Position numbers and translations under genes: made by a program
Shown: piece after piece, positions 57,930 through 64,000 of the stretch
Position numbering within the stretch: the first letter of the stretch is position 1
Layout: the number at the start of each line of letters is the position of its first letter
Notes under the pieces: generated by a model
What the model was told of the DNA's origin: nothing
Seen by the model: the letters and a program-made list of their open reading frames with translations, nothing else
The model's database searches: none
From: Akkermansiaceae bacterium
Lineage (GTDB): Bacteria; Verrucomicrobiota; Verrucomicrobiia; Verrucomicrobiales; Akkermansiaceae
Reading direction: 5' to 3'
Assembly (NCBI GenBank): GCA_031422775.1
Contig: JANPMK010000089.1
Location: 14,945-78,944 of the forward strand
DNA length: 64,000 bases

Positions 57930-58631
57930 TCAGTTTTTCTTAACTTCAAAAGTGAATGGAACAATGCAGGTGGCTTTAATTTTTTTACCCTCTTTCATAG
58001 CGGGCTTAAAAATCCACTTACTGACCGCGTTGATCGCGGACTTATCGAGATCCGAATGACCGGAAGATTGTTTGATGGCGGTGTTCGTGACGCGTCCATC
58101 TGCGTCCACCGTGCAAGAAACGAGTACCTTGCCGCCCACACCATTTTTGAGAAGCGAAGCGGGATAGATCGGCTGGCTCTTGCTCGCCGGAAATGGAGGG
58201 GAGTCCATTTCCCCTCCAAGCAGGTCTTCCCCATCACCTCCGCCGCCTCCTCGCCGTCCGAACCCAGAAATGTCAATCGCGAAGCCAGAGCCACTTGATA
58301 AAGCCAGATCTCCGACATCAATCCCAAGATCCACGTCCGATGATTCCTGAGCATCCGACGCCATCTCGATCGGCTCGATCGACTTCTCAACCTCTTCGAG
58401 TTCATCCAACTCTTCGGGCTCCTCCAATTTCTCCTCATCTGGCGGCGGTGGCGGAGGCGGTGGGGGGATGGTTATATCCACAATCTGATATTCCTCAGCC
58501 TCCTCCTCGCCCTCCTGATTTCCGCCGTTGAATATGAAATTCGCCACCCCGCCAATCAAGACGATGGCCAGCATCACGCCGATAACCCAACGGTGGCGTG
58601 ATTTGGTTGGCGGTTTGGAAAACGGTGGCAT
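57930..58631 (-). CDS. tonB: TonB-family energy transducer
   Basis: N-terminal TM, P8 and acidic linker (PPPPPPPPDEEKLEEPEE). C-terminal TonB_C-like YPASLLKNGVGGKVLVSCTVDADGRVTNTAI...AINAVSKWIFKPA. Confidence 0.8.
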   Translation of the reverse strand: MPPFSKPPTKSRHRWVIGVMLAIVLIGGVANFIFNGGNQEGEEEAEEYQIVDITIPPPPPPPPPDEEKLEEPEELDELEEVEKSIEPIEMASDAQESSDVDLGIDVGDLALSSGSGFAIDISGFGRRGGGGGDGEDLLGGEMDSPPFPASKSQPIYPASLLKNGVGGKVLVSCTVDADGRVTNTAIKQSSGHSDLDKSAINAVSKWIFKPAMKEGKKIKATCIVPFTFEVKKN

Positions 58632-58712
58632 TGGATCTTTCGAAGTTGGCTAGGAATAGCGGGCCTGAAGTCAAAAATCACTCGGCTCAACTTATTCCGG
58701 CAGACTTGTCAT

Positions 58713-59108
58713 TTATTTTTTGACTTGGGTAGCAAGGCCGATCTTATCGATACCCAGACGCCCAAGCACCGACATCACATCCATGACTTTCTGATATTGC
58801 GCCGAGCTATCTCCCCGCACGACGACCGGCAAATCCGGCGTGGCTGCCTTGAGTGCGCTAAGCTTGGTTTCGAGCTCTTCCAATGACACTGGTGTTAGGT
58901 TCAGCGAAATCCGCCCTTCTGGATCCACCGTAATCGCCTGAATCTTGGGAGCCCCAATATCCGCTGAAGACTTCCCACTCGCGCTAGGCAGTTCAACTTT
59001 CACTCCCTTTACGCCTGCTGCGGTCATCACAATGAAGATGAGGAGTAGAACCAGATAGAGGTCCACCATCGGTGTGACGTTGATATCGTCGTAGTTTTCT
59101 GAGGCCAT
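58713..59108 (-). CDS. exbD: ExbD/TolR-family biopolymer transport protein
   Basis: DINVTPMVDLYLVLLLIFIVM N-terminal signature. 131 aa. Confidence 0.85.
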   Translation of the reverse strand: MASENYDDINVTPMVDLYLVLLLIFIVMTAAGVKGVKVELPSASGKSSADIGAPKIQAITVDPEGRISLNLTPVSLEELETKLSALKAATPDLPVVVRGDSSAQYQKVMDVMSVLGRLGIDKIGLATQVKK

Positions 59109-59162
59109 GGCTTTAAAGGTTGGGTTGGTGGATTGGCGAGAATCTGGGTGGGCGGGGTGCGA

Positions 59163-60695
59163 TCAATCTTTGCTAGGATAGAACTCGGCCATCTTGGCGA
59201 CGAACTCATCGATGAAAACTTGGATCTCGGCAGTCGTGTTTTTGATCCGACCGTTCAGGTAGGAATAGATGAACAAGGCGGGAATCGCCACGATGAGGCC
59301 TGCAACGGTGGCAAGCAGCGCCGATGCAATACCAGGGGCGATGGCGTTGACGTTTACTTCGCCTTCCTTGGAAATGATGGCGAAGGTGATCATCACGCCG
59401 ACCACCGTTCCAAGGAGACCGACGTATGGTCCGCCCGCGATACTGATCGTGAGGTAAACCAAGCCGTCAGTCATCTTGTGCTGGATCTGCACAAGGCCAG
59501 CATCGAGCGAGGCGCGAATGGCCAGAATGGAACGTCCCGTGAGGCCAGTCGTCTGATTCGGCCCCGGAGATAGGCGATGGCTGATTTCCTCTGAGCCAAT
59601 GTGATAGATTTCATAAAACGGTGACTTCTGGATGACCTTCTGAGCCGCGGGATCCGCGTTGCCACCGAAGCTGCTGACACTGTCGCCGCAAGCGTGGTCG
59701 ATAGCGGTGAGATCAGAGGAAAGTCTGCTCCACTGGCGAAGGAACTCGGCACTGCCTTTGTGAATGGAGTTGAGATAAAAGAGTTTTTTGACCGCGACAG
59801 ACCATCCGACCAGAATCATGAGAACGCAAATCGCAATGGCTACCCAACCGTCGAACATCATATTCTTAGCGATGTCTCCGAACAGCATGACGTGTTCCAT
59901 GGCCTTATTCTGCCCGCCAGGATGTTTGATCTCGGCATCGATTGCCTTGCCCATGGTTCCGTCAAAAGGAAGCTCACCCTTTCCTGTCTCGATGGCCTTG
60001 GCGATAGTGCCCTCGGACTTGTTGATCGAGACAACAGCGGGAAGACCCGAGCCCGTGTCAGCAGGTGGGGAAATGCCCTCGGTTTTCTTGTCCGTGGACG
60101 CAAAAAATACGGAAGGACCAGCGATAAAAAGTGTACCATCAATCGCGCGTCCCGCGAAACCGAGAGCTTTGCCCTCGAAACGATGTCCTCCGGCTACCGT
60201 TCCGAGACGCTTGATCCCAAGCTCCAGAACCTTCAACCGCTCAGTCATCTCACCTTTAGGATCGCCCACAGATGTGAACGCCTTTTGGTCGATGTTCGCG
60301 ACCTGATCGCGATAAAGCTGGAACTCAGCGGGATGAATGCGGGTCACGAGCGCCTTCGAATACTGGTTAAGCAGACCCGATGTGTAGGTGAATCCGCCCT
60401 TGCGAGTTTCGAGATCACGCTCGAGAACCTTAATCTTGGTGGTGCGTAGTTCCTCCTCACGTTCGAGGGCGCGAAGCTCTCTGGCGAGCAAGAGAGCTTC
60501 GTCATCACGACGATTCACTTCTTTATAGAGTGCGCGACGGAGGTCCGCGTATTCCTTTTGAGTGCTCTGGAGCTCGCTGACAGCTTTATCAAGTAGAGCG
60601 CGGGCGCTCTCGTTCGGATTCGGTGCGGTTTTCGCCTCGGCGGAAATGGAAGTAGCCACGATAAACATGGCGACGGCTAAGTTGATAGGTTTCAT
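59163..60695 (-). CDS. long MotA/TolQ/ExbB proton-channel family protein (TtpC-like: periplasmic coiled-coil N-domain plus ExbB channel)
   Basis: Signal or TM, then about 280 aa of periplasmic coiled coil, then GGPYVGLLGTVVGVMITF and APGIASALLATVAGLIVAIPALFIYSYL (ExbB motifs). ATG 60695 overlaps the stop of the upstream gene (ATGA). Confidence 0.8.
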   Translation of the reverse strand: MKPINLAVAMFIVATSISAEAKTAPNPNESARALLDKAVSELQSTQKEYADLRRALYKEVNRRDDEALLLARELRALEREEELRTTKIKVLERDLETRKGGFTYTSGLLNQYSKALVTRIHPAEFQLYRDQVANIDQKAFTSVGDPKGEMTERLKVLELGIKRLGTVAGGHRFEGKALGFAGRAIDGTLFIAGPSVFFASTDKKTEGISPPADTGSGLPAVVSINKSEGTIAKAIETGKGELPFDGTMGKAIDAEIKHPGGQNKAMEHVMLFGDIAKNMMFDGWVAIAICVLMILVGWSVAVKKLFYLNSIHKGSAEFLRQWSRLSSDLTAIDHACGDSVSSFGGNADPAAQKVIQKSPFYEIYHIGSEEISHRLSPGPNQTTGLTGRSILAIRASLDAGLVQIQHKMTDGLVYLTISIAGGPYVGLLGTVVGVMITFAIISKEGEVNVNAIAPGIASALLATVAGLIVAIPALFIYSYLNGRIKNTTAEIQVFIDEFVAKMAEFYPSKD

Positions 60696-61471
60696 GGCTG
60701 TATGATGGGAAGTTGGGTAAAGGAAACTTCTGTCTCGCTGGTAGCGGTGACTAGGAGTTTTAGGATTTGAGGGGCAAGTTCGTTGCGCTCTTGAAATTTC
60801 CAACCGTCTGCGCCCGCTCGGCCGGCCAAGGCAAAACTCCCGTCTTCATTCACTGCGTATGCGAACGCCAGACCAAAATAGACAACCTGCAAGTTAAACT
60901 CCTCACCCTTGGAATTCTTGTGGAGCTCAGGAAACACATGGACTCCTTGCTGGAATTTCTCCACATCCGCCATGAGTTCAGTAACTGTCACTAGCCTCTT
61001 GGAAACGTCATCGGTTTGGCCGTCTGCAGGCAATAAGAGATTCTTCTGGATCGCTTCTATCGCCTGCGTGACTTTAGGATTACTCTTAAGAGACGCTGGT
61101 AAGAGTGGGAATTTGGCTGCCAAGTTTTCCTCCATCACCCTGAGTTGGCGTTTGAGTTCGTCTTCAGCCGCGGTGAGACGATCCTTTTCGGATACCTTAT
61201 CGAGGGACTGTTGGTCAGCACCTTCCTTACGCGTCTTTGCAGAGGCAATTTGCTCCTTGAGAGAAGCAATCTCGCTATCAAGACCTTCCTTGTAATTCGT
61301 TAGAACTTCCTGATCGCGAGACCAATCGTTTTCTTCCTGTTGGATTTTCCGCATGGTCTCGACCCACTCCCGCACCGATGTACGAAGCTCTTCGTTAGGT
61401 GTAACTGCTGCTTCTTGAGCGAAGACTGTGAGAGATAAAGCCAGACTGAATATGGTAATGTAGGCGCGCAT
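60692..61471 (-). CDS. periplasmic coiled-coil protein, DUF3450-like (TtpB-like position)
   Basis: 259 aa with a signal peptide and a long coiled coil. Translationally coupled to the TtpC-like gene, an arrangement I recall for TonB2-type clusters. Confidence 0.5.
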   Translation of the reverse strand: MRAYITIFSLALSLTVFAQEAAVTPNEELRTSVREWVETMRKIQQEENDWSRDQEVLTNYKEGLDSEIASLKEQIASAKTRKEGADQQSLDKVSEKDRLTAAEDELKRQLRVMEENLAAKFPLLPASLKSNPKVTQAIEAIQKNLLLPADGQTDDVSKRLVTVTELMADVEKFQQGVHVFPELHKNSKGEEFNLQVVYFGLAFAYAVNEDGSFALAGRAGADGWKFQERNELAPQILKLLVTATSETEVSFTQLPIIQP

Positions 61472-61554
61472 ATGTTGTGACGCGGCGAATTAAAGAAGGG
61501 CTGTCGGCAATTGCCGACAGCCCCCTTGTGACAATTTCGTCAGATAAGTTTAAC

Positions 61555-64000
61555 TTATGGTGTGTAGCTGACTGGAGTCCAACCAGCTAAGCCCTGAAGT
61601 AAGGCGACGTTCAATTCGCCAGTCGGAACACCATCTTCGTCCAACTCTTCTTCGACTCTGAACATTCCCATGAGCTCACCAGGGCCTGGGACGGTTGTGT
61701 TGATGCTAGCGATGCCATCTGCAGAAATACTGCCAATGGACTTGATCGCTTTGCCACCCGTTGGGGTGACTGACCAGCTAACGCCTTTGCTACTAACAAC
61801 ACCCGTGATGGTGACGGTAACGGCGGCTTTGCTCAACACGATCGCGCCCGTGCCAGTGGATGCTTTGAAGCCCCAAAGTTCATCTTCGCCTAACGTTCCG
61901 TAATCACCTAAGAAGGAATCATCGTCTTCTTTGAGCGTGCGTATGGTTGGTAATACAATTTCCAAATCTGAGGCTGGAACATCAATCGTCCATTCATCTA
62001 GCACAGAATCGTAGAAAAGCACTGCCTTAAGCTTGACGGCTTTGGTATCCGCTGCATCCAATATCGAAACTGAAGTTCCTTTTGGACCAATGGCAACAGT
62101 TACCGCATCTCCGTCATCTGTATGAAGGACATGCGTTCCTAAGAATGCTGCTGGAACTGGATTAATTGTGAAAGTCATCTCCAATTCCACTGGATCTTCA
62201 CCAGGAAGTGTCACGGTGAATGTAGCTGTTCCATTGACAGTAGGATATCCCGTGATTGCTTTGGTATCCGCATTGAATTTCATGCCCTTTGGAAGACTTC
62301 CTACGAGCACAACATCAGCATCCTCAAACTGACCAGTTTGGAAGTAGTCGGAGATATCCAACGGTGCACCCGGTGCTGTTGTAAATGGAACCGTAGTATC
62401 GGAATTGCCTAATCCGACATTCACGATTCTGGTAACTTGGGTAGCTGCATTTGTGCCTGCATCCGTATAATTGTATGTAACCTCGTATTCTCCAGCTACG
62501 CTAGTGTTGACTGTATCGGATCCAACGATGGTGCGTGTAGCCTCAGGATAGTCGGAAACAATAGCACCTGGATCGGTGAATTCAGATCCCAAAACCACAT
62601 CGATTTCGGCCGCACCAATTAAGGCGATGACAGGAGCAACATCATCTAAACCCTGTGTTTGTATACCATCGTATGTTTCGTCGAAGAATGACCATCCGTC
62701 CAGCCAGTTGTAGTCACCGAAGGCACCACGGAAAAGCACTGGAACAGGTGCTCCAGCTTGCAAAGTAGCGCCCAACAATGGCGAGCCTGATTGTGGACGT
62801 GGGTCAATGGTGGTAAGGTAATTACCAGTGCCTTGGCCAGTGCCTGCTACAAGAGTACGAGTGTAATCGCGCAGCAAAGGATTCGTGGCGCCATTCGAGT
62901 TACTATTTTGAGCATTACCCACAGCATCGTAAAACAGGTTGTAGAAGTTTGTGTTGGTAATGTAGGACTGGTTGGTTCCAGCTGAGCCACCGAAGACACC
63001 GATGGTGTTGTGTCCAGCCGCAATAGTTGAACCCGTGGATTTTGCGGAATTAGGGTTAGTGGTAACGTGGCCATCTCTAAAGTTAACAAGATCCCCAGTG
63101 AAATCGTGGAACACAGAGTTGTAAAACTCACCGTTGAAGTGGTCTTCGATGGTAAAGCCGACGTTGCCTTTCTCGGTGAGAACCTGACCTGTGCCAAGGG
63201 CAATGGTGGTAGCAATATTCGTGCTTCCAGGGCCGATGATTGTCATGTTGTAAAAAATTGGCTTCGAAAGAGTGAGTCCAGCCACTTGGCCGTTGCCCTG
63301 ATTTGTTGAGGAGCTTGGTGTGGACTCGATTCCGTCGAGCTCGGCACCACCGTCGGCAATGCCCGGGTTTTGGATAGAGAAAAGGAATTGGTGTTTGCCG
63401 GTATGTCCTGTGTCGAAGTCGAAGCTATCGTCTTGGTTGAAGGCGGAAACAAGATATCTGGTGGAAACCGTGCCACCGAAAAACTCGAAGCCATCGTCGG
63501 TGTTAGCATAAACCTCGACAAACTCGATGGTGGTGCCGCTTCCGACGCCGCCCATGGTCAGGCCGTTGATTTCCCTACCAGCGCTGAACTCGTAACCACC
63601 GTGACGGATGGAAACGTAACGAATGATACCGGAGTCGTCTGCGTCATCTCTTGGGAAGACAGCATCGAAGCCATAGGTGATCGCGTCCGCGAGACCGTCA
63701 CTTGGAGCGGTATCAGGAGTTCCAGCAGGAAGGAATCCTTCGATCTCGGACTTGCCGATGTTAAGGCCAGTTGGATCGGACTGAGAAATGTAGGAGTTAC
63801 CGAGGAGAACGACACCACCCCAAAGTCCGCCGGTTGAAGAGCTAGGCAATTGGCCGTTGACCAAGTGACCCTTAATACTGTCTCCGTTGAGATCTGTATC
63901 TATTTCTACCTCAAGCACTTGAATGGCGTTGAAAACGATAGGCGCGGCTTTCGTCCCATCCGCTACGAGACGACCACCACGACATGCAATAAGAGAGCCG
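61555..64000 (-). CDS. large secreted or surface protein, 5' end beyond the window (conserved beta-rich N-region plus Ig-like DUF5011-type domain plus C-terminal beta domains)
   Basis: The reading frame stays open to nt 64000 (upstream in-frame residues ...GSLIACRGGRLVADGTKAAPIVFNAIQ before the track start). Blocks RHGGYEFSAGREINGLTMGGVGSGTTIEFVEVYANTDDGFEFFGGTV. Ig-like block GSEFTDPGAIVSDY...VAGEYEVTYNYTDAGTNAATQVTRIVNV. Confidence 0.7.
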   Translation of the reverse strand, partial: GSLIACRGGRLVADGTKAAPIVFNAIQVLEVEIDTDLNGDSIKGHLVNGQLPSSSTGGLWGGVVLLGNSYISQSDPTGLNIGKSEIEGFLPAGTPDTAPSDGLADAITYGFDAVFPRDDADDSGIIRYVSIRHGGYEFSAGREINGLTMGGVGSGTTIEFVEVYANTDDGFEFFGGTVSTRYLVSAFNQDDSFDFDTGHTGKHQFLFSIQNPGIADGGAELDGIESTPSSSTNQGNGQVAGLTLSKPIFYNMTIIGPGSTNIATTIALGTGQVLTEKGNVGFTIEDHFNGEFYNSVFHDFTGDLVNFRDGHVTTNPNSAKSTGSTIAAGHNTIGVFGGSAGTNQSYITNTNFYNLFYDAVGNAQNSNSNGATNPLLRDYTRTLVAGTGQGTGNYLTTIDPRPQSGSPLLGATLQAGAPVPVLFRGAFGDYNWLDGWSFFDETYDGIQTQGLDDVAPVIALIGAAEIDVVLGSEFTDPGAIVSDYPEATRTIVGSDTVNTSVAGEYEVTYNYTDAGTNAATQVTRIVNVGLGNSDTTVPFTTAPGAPLDISDYFQTGQFEDADVVLVGSLPKGMKFNADTKAITGYPTVNGTATFTVTLPGEDPVELEMTFTINPVPAAFLGTHVLHTDDGDAVTVAIGPKGTSVSILDAADTKAVKLKAVLFYDSVLDEWTIDVPASDLEIVLPTIRTLKEDDDSFLGDYGTLGEDELWGFKASTGTGAIVLSKAAVTVTITGVVSSKGVSWSVTPTGGKAIKSIGSISADGIASINTTVPGPGELMGMFRVEEELDEDGVPTGELNVALLQGLAGWTPVSYTP

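Noticed and set aside
59694-60449. 251-aa plus-strand ORF (and 59788..60306, 172 aa) inside the ExbB/TtpC-like gene
   Set aside because: It is antisense to a gene with clear MotA/ExbB motifs. The translated sequence is R/S/L-rich low complexity with no motifs. It is a typical shadow ORF.

Overview
Chromosomal window, about 50% GC by eye. Gene content and sequence idioms fit a Verrucomicrobiota/PVC-type Gram-negative, possibly marine: a TGTTC-N4-GAACA palindrome in front of lexA, LpxI plus LpxB, a GldF/GldG-type ABC-2 module with DUF4340, an IS200-like/RayT-like Y1 transposase, and GC-rich intergenic palindromes. I count roughly 55 protein genes and one tRNA-Leu(CAA). There is no rRNA, CRISPR or prophage. 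Housekeeping genes include class I DAHP synthase, a Hanks-type kinase, sdhB/frdB, msrB, lpxI, lpxB, topB, dprA, ridA, lexA, a NifU-like scaffold, an Hsp70 paralog, lepB, a squalene/phytoene-synthase family gene and two ABC exporters. There are three accessory blocks. (1) 25.5-38.5 kb is a visibly AT-richer glycan island. It holds three or four FkbM-type methyltransferases, two GT10-like genes plus a decayed third copy, GT11, GT25, GT4, two sulfotransferase-like genes, an SGNH-like gene, an NDP-sugar dehydrogenase and rfbB. It has no Wzx/Wzy/Wzz, no initiating transferase and no GDP-fucose genes. (2) 43.2-53.6 kb holds a 2848-aa Sec-signal-bearing TcB/TcC-like protein (SpvB signature, FG-GAP-type loops, RHS shell, DPSGF core). 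Its tail is a 397-aa glycine-zipper-rich region plus an unassigned C-terminal region. A very AT-rich putative immunity ORF and a Y1 transposase follow it. (3) 56.5-64 kb is a TonB2/Ttp-like energy-transduction cluster behind a large secreted protein that runs off the window. The best candidate for something undescribed is the self-contained Tc-like/RHS toxin cassette, which has no TcA, T6SS or TPS partner in view. The second candidate is the methylation/sulfation/fucosylation island. All functional calls come from motif recognition by eye; no searches were run.
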